Shown piece by piece: positions 50,453 to 60,099 of a stretch of 64,000 nt of DNA. This stretch comes from a bacterium (GTDB lineage Bacteria; Zhuqueibacterota; QNDG01; DSAB01): the NCBI GenBank assembly GCA_016931965.1, contig JAFGDT010000079.1:16694-80693 (forward strand), given 5' to 3'. The translations under genes were made by a program, and so were the position numbers. Within the stretch, counting starts at the first letter, position 1; the number at the start of each line of letters is the position of its first letter. The notes under the pieces were generated by a model, which was not told where the DNA came from, did not search any database, and worked only from the letters and a program-made list of their open reading frames with translations.

Positions 50453-51082
50453 ATGATCGTTAGCAAAAAACATATATCAAGGCTTTCAAAGTACCGAAAA
50501 GCCCTTTTTCGATTCAGTGAATTGGGTTTTGTTAAAGTCTTTTCCGATACACTTGGAGAAGCAGTAGGCGTTACTGCATCACAAGTGAGAAAGGATTTCT
50601 CACTTTTTGGAATTCATGGACATAAACGGGGGGGATATCAAATTGATACGCTTATTGATAAACTGCAAAACATCTTGGGAAAAGATTTTGAACAAAAAGT
50701 GATCATTGTTGGAATTGGCAACATTGGAAATGCTTTAATCAAATACAAAGCTTTTGAAAATGAGGGAATTAAAATTGTTGCTGGCTTTGATATCGATCCT
50801 GCAAAAGTGAATAGAAAAGGGACAGTACCCATATTCCCTCTCAAGGAAATACATGACTATGTTAAGAAACATAACATTACTATCGGGATTATCGCTGTAC
50901 CGGATATTGTGGCTCAGGAAGTTTTCGATGTGATGCTCTCTGCAGGGATAAAAGGTATCCTCAATTTTGCACCGATAAGGTATAAGGGGGCAGAAAATGT
51001 TTTCATCAACAATGTGAATTTTCAGGTCGAACTTGAAAATGTTATTTATTTTGTTAACATGTTTAAACACGAAAAGGATTAA
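50453..51082 (+). CDS. rex: Redox-sensing transcriptional repressor Rex
   Basis: RLSKY, QVRKDFSLFG..G..GY, GIGNIG Rossmann motif and ILNFAP. Confidence 0.96.
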   Translation: MIVSKKHISRLSKYRKALFRFSELGFVKVFSDTLGEAVGVTASQVRKDFSLFGIHGHKRGGYQIDTLIDKLQNILGKDFEQKVIIVGIGNIGNALIKYKAFENEGIKIVAGFDIDPAKVNRKGTVPIFPLKEIHDYVKKHNITIGIIAVPDIVAQEVFDVMLSAGIKGILNFAPIRYKGAENVFINNVNFQVELENVIYFVNMFKHEKD

Positions 51083-51103
51083 TCAATAAATTGGAGTTTA
51101 ACC

Positions 51104-52129
51104 ATGAGAGCTGTTAAATTAAGAAAACAAGATTTGCCAGCTTTTCTTAAGTGTGTTCAGTCATTTGGTGAGTTATGGGGTCCTGTTCGGGAAAAAGATC
51201 GACAGGTGTTAAAAAAAACAGATGATGTCAATCAGATTGATTTAACAACCATCAGAACGAGTCTTCCGTTCAAGAAATTACTCTTTCCCCCCAGATTCAG
51301 TATGTTTCATTTTTCTGGTAATAAATATACAACAAGTCTCGAACATCTTCCGAATCGAATCATTTTTGGGCTTCATCCTTGTGATATTCATGCATTGCTC
51401 ATTATGGACGATTTTTTTACGCGATCTTTTGATGATCCTTACTATACAGAGCGACGGAAAAAGACAGCCATTATTGGTTTTTCTTGTATTCCAGATGAAA
51501 AGTGTTTTTGTCATGCGACAAAAACGGATACAGTTGAGGAAGGTTTTGACCTCTTTTTAACAGACCTGGATGATTTTTTCTTGATTTGGGTAGGATCCAG
51601 TCTCGGAGATGATATGACAAGGGAGTGTCCTAAAATCATTGACGAGGGGATTCTGCCTGAAGATCTGAAAAAATATGTTGAATGGAGGAAGTACCGAAAT
51701 TCTCAATTTAAAATGGACATTGATCTGACGAGTATGCCAGAAATCTTCGATCTCAGTTATGACAGCGTAATTTGGGAAGAGGAAGGCGAAAAGTGTCTTT
51801 CCTGTGGTGCATGTACCATAGTCTGTCCAACCTGTCCCTGTTATCATGTGTATGATAAAATTGAAATGGGAAAGATCGAAGGTGAACGGATGCGTCAGTG
51901 GGATTCTTGTCTTTTTAAGGAATATTCAATGGTGGCTGAGGGACATAATTTTCGTGAGTCGCGAGCAGAGCGATTAAAATTGCGATTTACCCACAAACTG
52001 CAAGCTTTTGTAGGAGAGTATGGGAAGCCCGCCTGTGTTGGATGTGGTCGGTGTATTGAAACCTGTCCTGTGGATATCGATATTGCCACCATTGTGAGAC
52101 GCCTTAGAGGTGAGGAGGTGAAGGTATGA
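51104..52129 (+). CDS. Group 3b hydrogenase (sulfhydrogenase) beta subunit, AsrA-like 4Fe-4S protein
   Basis: HPCD, CFC, CLSCGACTIVCPTCPC, WDSC and CVGCGRCIETCP. Confidence 0.9.
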   Translation: MRAVKLRKQDLPAFLKCVQSFGELWGPVREKDRQVLKKTDDVNQIDLTTIRTSLPFKKLLFPPRFSMFHFSGNKYTTSLEHLPNRIIFGLHPCDIHALLIMDDFFTRSFDDPYYTERRKKTAIIGFSCIPDEKCFCHATKTDTVEEGFDLFLTDLDDFFLIWVGSSLGDDMTRECPKIIDEGILPEDLKKYVEWRKYRNSQFKMDIDLTSMPEIFDLSYDSVIWEEEGEKCLSCGACTIVCPTCPCYHVYDKIEMGKIEGERMRQWDSCLFKEYSMVAEGHNFRESRAERLKLRFTHKLQAFVGEYGKPACVGCGRCIETCPVDIDIATIVRRLRGEEVKV

Positions 52130-52980
52130 CCGGATTGACAGCGCTGAAAAATGCTTATTTGCCTGAATCCATGCGGCTTATTCGACGATATCCATTGATC
52201 GAAGGTGTTCATTTTTTTCAAGTAAGAGCTGTGGATATGACAAGGGCACTTTCTCTCGATTATTTGCCTGGTCAGTTTATGATGGTATCCATTCCCGGTA
52301 TAGGGGAAGCTCCTTTTTCAATTTCCTCCACCCCTTCGAGACCCGGTTTGCTTGAATTTGGGATAAGACGTGTGGGCCGGGTAACCAATGCGATATTTCA
52401 GCTAAAAGAAAATCAGATTATCGGTGTGCGCGGACCGTATGGGAATGGATTCCCTGTGGAAAAAATAAAAGGCAATGATCTGATCATCGTGATGGGAGGA
52501 TTGGGAGCAATTCCTTTGCGTTCACTTCTTCTTTATGCACTGGACAATCGAGATCAATTTGGCAATATCTATCTTCTTCATGGGGCAAAAACACCTTCAG
52601 AAATGCTTTTTCGGGAAGAATTTTTAAATTTTAGATATCGAGATGATCTGACTTGTCTTCTAACCGTTGATCAGGATGATACAGGAAAGTGGCCCTGTTA
52701 TACGGGGCTTGTAACCCGACTTTTTCAGCAGTTAACAGATATCATTCCCCAAAAAACCTATGTGGCTGTTTGTGGTCCTCCTGTCATGTACAAATTTGTT
52801 GTGGCAGAGTTGTTGAAATTGAATATTCCCAAGCACCAGATTTTAATGACACTGGAGCGCCGCATGAAATGTGGTGTTGGAAAATGTGGACATTGTATTA
52901 TTGGGGGGTATATTTATACATGTGTCGATGGTCCGATTTTCACTTATTGGGATGTGATTCATATGAAAGGATTGATCTGA
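52126..52980 (+). CDS. Group 3b hydrogenase gamma subunit, AsrB-like FAD/NAD(P) protein
   Basis: PGQF, GEAPFSISS, RGPYGNGF, CGPPVM and ERRMKCGVGKCGHC..C. Confidence 0.92.
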   Translation: MTGLTALKNAYLPESMRLIRRYPLIEGVHFFQVRAVDMTRALSLDYLPGQFMMVSIPGIGEAPFSISSTPSRPGLLEFGIRRVGRVTNAIFQLKENQIIGVRGPYGNGFPVEKIKGNDLIIVMGGLGAIPLRSLLLYALDNRDQFGNIYLLHGAKTPSEMLFREEFLNFRYRDDLTCLLTVDQDDTGKWPCYTGLVTRLFQQLTDIIPQKTYVAVCGPPVMYKFVVAELLKLNIPKHQILMTLERRMKCGVGKCGHCIIGGYIYTCVDGPIFTYWDVIHMKGLI

Positions 52981-53064
52981 AGGATTATTCACATTTGAAA
53001 TGATAGGCATTTTACAAGTGGCTTATCATTATGATCTGAATGGTATTGAAGCAATAGGAGTTGT

Positions 53065-53847
53065 ATGTTGGAAAATCAAAAGAAAGACGTGGGCCTTTAT
53101 GGATTTACAGGTTGTAACGGGGACCAATTAACGATTATTCACAGTGAAGACAAACTCCTTGATTTTTGGCAGTCAGTCCATATCAAATCATTTTCGCTGG
53201 CCAAAAGTGATAATGATGATTCTGATTTGGATATTGCTCTGGTTGAGGGATCCATTTCGAATCAGGAACAGGCTGAGCATATGAAAGAGATCCGTAAAAG
53301 ATCGAAAAAACTGATCGCCATCGGTAACTGTGCATGTTATGGTGGTGTCCAGGCTATGGAATTGGGAAGTAAAGGGTGGGATCAGCGATTTCGAAAGGTG
53401 TATGGTGATGCATTTTTTGAATTACGGACACCCATTGAATCCAAACCAATCGACGTTTTTGTTGATGTCGATTTTTACATCCCCGGATGTCCAATCAATG
53501 CAGATCAATTCTTTTACTGTTTTGCCCATTTGATACAGGATCATGTTCCTACCATACCCGATCATCCTGTATGTGCCGAATGTCGGTGGCGTGAGAATGA
53601 TTGTCTGCTTCTGAAAGGTATTCTTTGCCTTGGACCTTTAACTGCCTCTGGCTGTAATGCAGTTTGTCCTTCCCATAATTTGCCCTGTCTGGGGTGTTGG
53701 GGGCCGGTGGAAGAAGCGAATGTTTCATCGGAATTTAACCTGCTCAAGGAAAAAGGATTGACTCAGGAGGAAATCAAGCGGAGATTCCGTATGCATAACG
53801 GAAGTGGCATTATTAAACCATTAAAGAAAATATTAGGGGTTCTCTGA
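53065..53847 (+). CDS. Group 3b [NiFe] hydrogenase small (delta) subunit
   Basis: TGCNGDQ, VEGS, GNCA, PGCP, VCAEC, CLGP and CPSHNLPCLGCWG. Confidence 0.92.
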   Translation: MLENQKKDVGLYGFTGCNGDQLTIIHSEDKLLDFWQSVHIKSFSLAKSDNDDSDLDIALVEGSISNQEQAEHMKEIRKRSKKLIAIGNCACYGGVQAMELGSKGWDQRFRKVYGDAFFELRTPIESKPIDVFVDVDFYIPGCPINADQFFYCFAHLIQDHVPTIPDHPVCAECRWRENDCLLLKGILCLGPLTASGCNAVCPSHNLPCLGCWGPVEEANVSSEFNLLKEKGLTQEEIKRRFRMHNGSGIIKPLKKILGVL

Positions 53848-55142
53848 TGCGTGAAATATTGGTTGAACCGCTGGCCCGCGTGGAGGGAGAGGGTGGTATC
53901 ACAATTCGAACAGAGGGGAAAAAGGTTAAAGAAGTGCGGTTCGATATATTGGAAGGGACCCGTCTCATTGAGGCGTTGGTCGTTGGGAAAACACCCGAGG
54001 AAGATGTCAGTATTACCTGTCGTATATGTGCGATCTGTACCCTTTCGCATCGATATGCCGCTCTGAGAGGACTTGAAAAAGCTTTAGGCATTCAGGTTCC
54101 ACCAAAAGTTCAGTGGATGCGGTCTCTGATGCATCTGGGGGAATGCCTGGAAAGCCATTCTCTTCATGCCTATATTTTGGCACTACCCGATTTTTTTGGC
54201 TATCCATCTGTTATTCCCATGCTTGATCAATATAATGAGGAAGTAACAGGTGCATTGACTTTAAAAAAATTTGCCAATCGGGTTATGGAAGTTACGAGCG
54301 GTCGCATGATCCATGGTGAAAATCCGACAGTGGGTGGATTTGGTCGCTATCCTGATCGGGAAGTATTGCAACAATTGAAACAAGAGGCAAAAGAGCTGCT
54401 CCCTTTTGCAGAAAAAGGTGTAAAACTGTTTGCTGATTTGGATATCCCTTCCTTTTTTGAACAAGAAACGGTGTTTATGTGTTGTGAACCCGATGAGAAA
54501 GAATATGGTCTCGTTGGGGATTATATTCGCATATCGACCGGTGAAGTCGTTCCTGTGGAACAGTATCAGAAACTTACCAATGAACGGTTTGTCTCACATT
54601 CCGCAGCCAAGCATTGTCTGTATAAAAAACGGCCCTATACTGTAGGAGCCCTCGCTCGAATGAATAACTTGGGCGATCGCCTGAAAGGAAAAGCGGGTAT
54701 GCTGTTCAAAAAATACTGGAATGAGAGATGGCTTAGAAATCCTGTGTTCAATAATCTTGCCCAAGCAATTGAGATTGTGTGGGGATTGGAACAGATTCCG
54801 ATGGTCGTTGATCATATTATCAAAATAAAAGAGGACCCTGAAATCGTTAAACCCACACAAAGAAAGGGGGATGGGGTTGGTGCTGTGGAAGCTCCCAGGG
54901 GAACACTTTATCACCATTATCAGATAAAGGAGGGGCTTGTAGCCGATGCCAATTTTGTGATTCCGACGGGACAAAATTTAGAGGATTGTGAAAAATATAT
55001 GAGGAATGCGGTCGAAAAATTATTGACTGAAGCTGTGGATGATGATGCCATTCGTCTTCAATGTGAAATTATTGTCCGGGCCTATGATCCGTGTATAAGC
55101 TGTTCAACCCATCTGGTGACTATTGAATGTGAAGACGAATGA
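53847..55142 (+). CDS. Group 3b [NiFe] hydrogenase large (alpha) subunit
   Basis: ARVEGEG, L1 RICAIC, EAPRGTL, and L2 DPCISCSTH followed by a short cleavable tail. Confidence 0.95.
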   Translation: MREILVEPLARVEGEGGITIRTEGKKVKEVRFDILEGTRLIEALVVGKTPEEDVSITCRICAICTLSHRYAALRGLEKALGIQVPPKVQWMRSLMHLGECLESHSLHAYILALPDFFGYPSVIPMLDQYNEEVTGALTLKKFANRVMEVTSGRMIHGENPTVGGFGRYPDREVLQQLKQEAKELLPFAEKGVKLFADLDIPSFFEQETVFMCCEPDEKEYGLVGDYIRISTGEVVPVEQYQKLTNERFVSHSAAKHCLYKKRPYTVGALARMNNLGDRLKGKAGMLFKKYWNERWLRNPVFNNLAQAIEIVWGLEQIPMVVDHIIKIKEDPEIVKPTQRKGDGVGAVEAPRGTLYHHYQIKEGLVADANFVIPTGQNLEDCEKYMRNAVEKLLTEAVDDDAIRLQCEIIVRAYDPCISCSTHLVTIECEDE

Positions 55143-55638
55143 TGAGTGGATTCAATTGTTAGATGATTCTCTATGTTCAGAGTCAATGGTCGTCATAGGT
55201 CTGGGGAATTCGGATCGTGCAGACGATGGTGTTGGACTTGTGTTGGTTTCGAAACTTCAGGCTTGCTTCCCGGATCGTATTTTTTTAGAAACGGAACACA
55301 CGCTGGAAACACTTGTATTGGAGTTACTTGAGCGTGAAGATGTTCGAATGGTTCTGTTTATTGATGCTGCTCATTTTGGAGGCAAGCCAGGTGACATCAG
55401 GTTTTTTCATGCTGAAGATATAGAACGATTTATTCCAATGTTATCCACACACAAAGTTCCCATATCCCTACTCATGCACTTGATCCGTGATCGTGGCAAA
55501 AATCCTGTCCTACTGGGTATTGAACCGAAGTCAGTGGCATTGTTCGGATCAATGAGTCCTGAAATACAGAGTACGATGAATCGGTTGGAAATGGTGATAA
55601 AAGGCTGTTTATTAAAAGGTCGTTCAAAGAATGATTAA
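55123..55638 (+). CDS. Hydrogenase maturation endopeptidase (HycI-like)
   Basis: GLGNSDRADDGVG, FIDAA, STH and GIEP. Confidence 0.9.
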   Translation: MNVKTNDEWIQLLDDSLCSESMVVIGLGNSDRADDGVGLVLVSKLQACFPDRIFLETEHTLETLVLELLEREDVRMVLFIDAAHFGGKPGDIRFFHAEDIERFIPMLSTHKVPISLLMHLIRDRGKNPVLLGIEPKSVALFGSMSPEIQSTMNRLEMVIKGCLLKGRSKND

Positions 55639-55688
55639 GAAAATTGTTCCTGATTTCACAAAAAAAGGAAAAATTGTGCATTTTCTTC

Positions 55689-55717
55689 TTGACAAAGATT
55701 GCCTATTTTTTTATATT
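55689..55717 (+). promoter_or_regulatory. sigma70-type promoter for the membrane-bound hydrogenase operon
   Basis: TTGACA, 17 bp, TATATT. Confidence 0.65.
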
Positions 55718-55949
55718 AATTCGACTTTTTTGACTTATTATAAGATATAATTCTAAGGGGAAAGTATCGTATCTATCCAATATTGTAAGTGGCTTATTTA
55801 TGGGGATCCTGTTCCTTTTTTCACAATTTTTTGCTATTCCTTACTGTTTGTCCTGTGGGGCTTGATATCCTCAACGCGCCGTTTTTTAAGTCGATATGTT
55901 ACACGGCGTTAATATTATCATACATAATCATTAAGATGTATTTAACAAA

Positions 55950-56972
55950 GTGAAGAAATCGATGACTGTAGAAAGATATTTTATTGGAAAAGCACATTGG
56001 GGATCCATACTCAGGAGGTGGATGGAAAAGTATATGATTCTGGCCCCGCAAAAGGAAAATGGTGGGCTTTTCATGCAACCTGTAATCCAAGACAATGTGG
56101 CTCATATTGTTTACGACGAAGCACGGGCTGCACAGCCTTTAAAGACATTCCTCTTACCCCCACTTGATGAAGTTGTTGGCAAAAAAGTCCAGGCTGAAAA
56201 ACCGTGGCTTTTTCTGGGTATTAAGGCATGTGGTTTGGCTGCCCTTCCTATTTTAGATCAGGCCTTTGGGGGTGATTTTACGGATCCGATCTATCAAAAA
56301 CGCAGAGAAGAATCTTTTATAGTCAGTTCTGATTGTACACAACCCTGGGAGACCTGCTTTTGTACTTTGGTTGGCGGTCAACCTTATCCGGTAAAAGGTT
56401 TTGATCTGAATCTATCGAAGGTTTGGGACGGCTTTGTGATTGAAGTCGGAAGTCTTCGAGGGAAAACATTACTTGAAGGACATGATGAAGTCCTTAAAGA
56501 GGTTGTACGGGAAGAGGCCACTGCTCTGGAAAAGATGAGAAATGAAACAACGAAAAAGGTGGAGGAGCAAAACCGAGATTTCAAATTCGAAAAAAGACAT
56601 AGGGAAGTTGTCTCAGGAAATTGGGAATCGGAGGTTTGGGAAAGGCATTCGGAAACGTGTGTGGAGTGTGGTGCGTGTAATCATGCTTGTCCAACGTGTC
56701 ATTGTTATTTTTTAGATGATGTTACTCGAAAGACATTTGTCAAACTACGAGGCTGGGATTCCTGTATGTATTCCGGTTATGCTGTTACAGCAGGAGGAGG
56801 AACTCCCCGTCCTCGGTTGTATGAAAGGTTTCGAAACCGATATTTTTGTAAATTCAAATACTTGGACGATAATTACGGTATGTATGGATGTACGGGTTGT
56901 GGACGCTGTATTGAAGGTTGTCAAGGTAAGATTGATATGCGCCAGGCACTCAAGGATTTGGTAAAGAATTGA
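55950..56972 (+). CDS. AsrA/HydB-like 4Fe-4S protein (second copy)
   Basis: CFC, CVECGACNHACPTCHC, WDSC and CTGCGRCIEGC. Confidence 0.9.
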   Translation: MKKSMTVERYFIGKAHWGSILRRWMEKYMILAPQKENGGLFMQPVIQDNVAHIVYDEARAAQPLKTFLLPPLDEVVGKKVQAEKPWLFLGIKACGLAALPILDQAFGGDFTDPIYQKRREESFIVSSDCTQPWETCFCTLVGGQPYPVKGFDLNLSKVWDGFVIEVGSLRGKTLLEGHDEVLKEVVREEATALEKMRNETTKKVEEQNRDFKFEKRHREVVSGNWESEVWERHSETCVECGACNHACPTCHCYFLDDVTRKTFVKLRGWDSCMYSGYAVTAGGGTPRPRLYERFRNRYFCKFKYLDDNYGMYGCTGCGRCIEGCQGKIDMRQALKDLVKN

Positions 56973-56985
56973 GGATAAGTGATTC

Positions 56986-57804
56986 ATGGGTCCACAAAAT
57001 AATCCTTATCAATCACAGAAGGCTGTTATCCAAAAGATTATACCTGAAACCTCAGGAATTAAAACCTTTGTTGTTCAGCCGGAAAGTGGTTTTTCTTTCC
57101 ATTGTGGTCAGTTTGCCGAGTTGTCCGTACCGGGAATAGGAGAAGCTCCCTTTGCCATGTCTTCTCCCTGTTTTAAATCCGAACAATTGGAATTTACAAT
57201 ACAGAACGTGGGTTATATGACATCTCGCCTTCATGCCATGAAAGAGGGCGATATAGTGGGTATCAGGGGCCCCTATGGTAATGGTTTTCCATTAGATGAT
57301 TTTTACGGAAAAGAGGTTCTTCTTCTCATCGGTGGTGTTGGTTTTCCACCGGCGAGGACACTGATCTACAGCTTATTGAATGAGAAAAATAAATTTAAAC
57401 GGATCATTTTATGTTACGGTGCCAGAACACCTGAGGATGTTGTTTATAAATATCAAGTAGAAGATTTTCGGAAGAAAATAGAATTGTACATGACTGTTGA
57501 TAAAGCGGATAAAAATTGGAGAGAATCTGAAGGCGTTGTCACCGTTCTCTTGGATAAAGTGAAAGTGGATTTAAAAAATTCGGCAGCTGTTGTTATTGGT
57601 CCTCCCATTATGATGAAATTTGGTACATTCAAACTTCTTGAAGTGGGTTATCAACCGAAAGACATTTATCTTTCCATGGAAAGAAAAATGTATTGTGGAA
57701 TCGGTCAATGCAGGCATTGTATGATTGATCACTATTTTATCTGCAAGGATGGACCGGTATTTACTTATGAACAGCTCAAGAATTTTCCAAATATTTGGGA
57801 ATAG
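56986..57804 (+). CDS. AsrB/HydG-like FAD/NAD(P)-binding protein (second copy)
   Basis: GEAPF, RGPYGNGF, GPPIMMK and ERKMYCGIGQCRHC..C. Confidence 0.9.
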   Translation: MGPQNNPYQSQKAVIQKIIPETSGIKTFVVQPESGFSFHCGQFAELSVPGIGEAPFAMSSPCFKSEQLEFTIQNVGYMTSRLHAMKEGDIVGIRGPYGNGFPLDDFYGKEVLLLIGGVGFPPARTLIYSLLNEKNKFKRIILCYGARTPEDVVYKYQVEDFRKKIELYMTVDKADKNWRESEGVVTVLLDKVKVDLKNSAAVVIGPPIMMKFGTFKLLEVGYQPKDIYLSMERKMYCGIGQCRHCMIDHYFICKDGPVFTYEQLKNFPNIWE

Positions 57805-57806
57805 AT

Positions 57807-58295
57807 ATGGCTAAACGATTGTTCATCGATTTGGAATTATGTCGGCAATGTGATCAATGTGATGTTGCATGCAGTTATTTTTATCACCCCTTTAATAGCG
57901 GTGCGATTTATTTGAGAGAGATCGGTGAGTTTGCCGCGACTTGTCGTCAGTGTGAAGAGGCACCCTGTGTGAGAGCATGTCCGACGGATGCATTGGAGAA
58001 GCAGGAAGATGGATTGGTGAAACGGTATAATCTGCGCTGTGTAGCTTGCAGAACTTGTTGCTACGCCTGTCCATTCGGAACCATTCTTCCGGAAGTGATT
58101 CCGTATACCGTTTCACGATGCGATTTTTGCATTGGACGATTAAAGGGAGAAGAAAAACCAGTTTGTGTTGGGGGATGCAAAGAAGGTGCAATCAAATTCG
58201 GTAACTTTGAAGCCGATCCAAAGGAACACACCTTTTTGGTAGGTGATCATTTGGTTGTTCACGCCATTCCATGGAAAAAGGAAGAGTATATCTGA
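57807..58295 (+). CDS. Polyferredoxin-like 4Fe-4S protein (HycB-like)
   Basis: CRQC..C...C, CRQCEEAPCVRACP, CVACRTCCYACP and CDFC...CVGGC. Confidence 0.88.
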   Translation: MAKRLFIDLELCRQCDQCDVACSYFYHPFNSGAIYLREIGEFAATCRQCEEAPCVRACPTDALEKQEDGLVKRYNLRCVACRTCCYACPFGTILPEVIPYTVSRCDFCIGRLKGEEKPVCVGGCKEGAIKFGNFEADPKEHTFLVGDHLVVHAIPWKKEEYI

Positions 58296-58296
58296 G

Positions 58297-59217
58297 ATGA
58301 ACCCCATTCTCGTATATATCATTTGTTTTCCATTTACAGCCATCGTCGGTATGCTGGTCAGCTGGATCGATCGAAAAGTAACCGCAAGGCTTCAGTGGAG
58401 GGTCGGTCCGCCTCTTTTTCAGCCTCTTTACGATTTTGTGAAATTGTTGGGGAAGGAAACCATCATTCCGAAGGGATCTTCAAAAATCACTTTTCTGCTT
58501 GCACCGCTTTTTGGATTGGTCGCCGCCACTTTTGTTTCCATGCTTGTCTGGACAGCCATCCTGTGGCCTGAAAAAAGTTTTGGCGGCGATCTGATTGTTG
58601 TTCTCTACTTTTTGATGATTCCCTCACTTGCCGTGATCATAGGTGGTTTTGCTTCAAGGAATCCCATTGCTTCACTGGGAGCGAGTCGTGAAATGAAACT
58701 GATGCTGGCCGATGAACTTCCCTTTCTTTTGGCTGTGTTTGTTGCGGTTATCAAGGCGGGAGGAGCCATTCGTTTAGGGCAACTCATTGCTTATCAACAG
58801 ACTCATGGGTGGGTATTTCTTTCCGCGTCAGGGATTTGTGCGATAATCGTCGCCATCATCACCATGCAGGCGAAATTGACGCTTGTTCCCTTTGATATTC
58901 CGGAAGCAGAAACTGAATTGATGAGCGGGGTGTTTGTTGAATATTCCGGTCCGCCACTCGCGATCTTTAAATTAACAAGAATGATGATGCTTTTTACTTT
59001 ACCTATGGTAGTGGTTGTTGTTTTCTTAGGGGGCATGCATTTTCAGGGTATCTCTATTTTATGGTCCATTTTGAAATATGTCGTATTGCTTGTACTCATT
59101 ATTCTTATTCGAAATACAAATCCCCGTTTACGGATTGATCAAGCAGTTCGATTTTTATGGGGACCGGTAACTATTTTAGGTGTTGCCGCTGTGGTTCTTG
59201 CATTTTTAGAATGGTAA
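58297..59217 (+). CDS. NuoH/HycD/MbhM-like membrane subunit
   Basis: DRKVTARLQWRVGP, KLLGKE, PFDIPEAETEL, EYSG and PRLRIDQ. Confidence 0.93.
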   Translation: MNPILVYIICFPFTAIVGMLVSWIDRKVTARLQWRVGPPLFQPLYDFVKLLGKETIIPKGSSKITFLLAPLFGLVAATFVSMLVWTAILWPEKSFGGDLIVVLYFLMIPSLAVIIGGFASRNPIASLGASREMKLMLADELPFLLAVFVAVIKAGGAIRLGQLIAYQQTHGWVFLSASGICAIIVAIITMQAKLTLVPFDIPEAETELMSGVFVEYSGPPLAIFKLTRMMMLFTLPMVVVVVFLGGMHFQGISILWSILKYVVLLVLIILIRNTNPRLRIDQAVRFLWGPVTILGVAAVVLAFLEW

Positions 59218-59221
59218 TGTT

Positions 59222-59647
59222 ATGGGAATAAAACTGAAAGCACTGACGAAATCTCCCTGGGTTTATCACCTTTCAACGGGAAGTTGCAACAATTGTGATA
59301 TTGAAATTTTGGATTGCCTAACACCACGATATGATCTTGAACGCTTTGGTATTGTTCTGGTTGGCAGTCCTCGTCATGCAGACGCTTTGCTGGTAACGGG
59401 AAATATGACCATGAAATGTATTCCCCGGGCGAAAGAAGTTTATGAACAAATGCCGAAACCCGGCGTCGTCATTGCAATAGGCACTTGTGCATTGGGACAT
59501 GGGGTGTTTGATGGAAGTTATGTGATGCCAAAAACTGTAGATGAGGTGATACCGGTGGATATTTATATTCCCGGTTGTCCGCCAAAACCGGAAGGGATTA
59601 TTGCCGGAGTAGCGAAATTATTGGCTATGCTGAAGCAAAAAGCTTGA
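59222..59647 (+). CDS. Group 4 hydrogenase small subunit (NuoB/HycG/MbhJ-like)
   Basis: GSCNNCDIE, SPRHAD, GTCA and PGCPP. Confidence 0.93.
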   Translation: MGIKLKALTKSPWVYHLSTGSCNNCDIEILDCLTPRYDLERFGIVLVGSPRHADALLVTGNMTMKCIPRAKEVYEQMPKPGVVIAIGTCALGHGVFDGSYVMPKTVDEVIPVDIYIPGCPPKPEGIIAGVAKLLAMLKQKA

Positions 59648-59661
59648 GAAGTGAGAATGTA

Positions 59662-60099
59662 ATGACGTGGAAAGAAATCAATAAAAAGATACATGACCGT
59701 TTTGATAAGAAGATTGTCAAATGGTTTGAACATAACGAGCATCGGATTTATGTGGATATTGATCCGGCCGACCTTGTGGAATTTGGGCGATTCCTCTTCG
59801 AAGATCTCCAGGCCAGGTTTATCATTGCCTCGGGTGTGGATACTCCGAGAGATGGAATTGAGATTCTCTACCATTTTGATTTTTTTCAATTACCCTATGT
59901 ATTTTCTGTACGTGTTTTTATCGAAAAACCTAAACTTGAAGTGGATTCGCTTGTACCGTATATTAAAGGTGCTGAGTGGATCGAGAGGGAAATCAGTGAA
60001 CTATTAGGCATACAGTTCAACAATCACCCTGATATGAGACATTTAATTCTTCCAGATGATTGGCCAGAGGGAAAGTATCCTCTGAGGAGGGATCAATGA
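59662..60099 (+). CDS. NuoC/MbhK-like subunit
   Basis: EILYHF, AEWIEREISELLGI and LPDDWPEGKYPLR. Confidence 0.9.
   Translation: MTWKEINKKIHDRFDKKIVKWFEHNEHRIYVDIDPADLVEFGRFLFEDLQARFIIASGVDTPRDGIEILYHFDFFQLPYVFSVRVFIEKPKLEVDSLVPYIKGAEWIEREISELLGIQFNNHPDMRHLILPDDWPEGKYPLRRDQ

Noticed and set aside
55950-57804. Anaerobic sulfite reductase asrAB
   Set aside because: No siroheme-binding asrC follows; the genes run into hydrogenase subunits.
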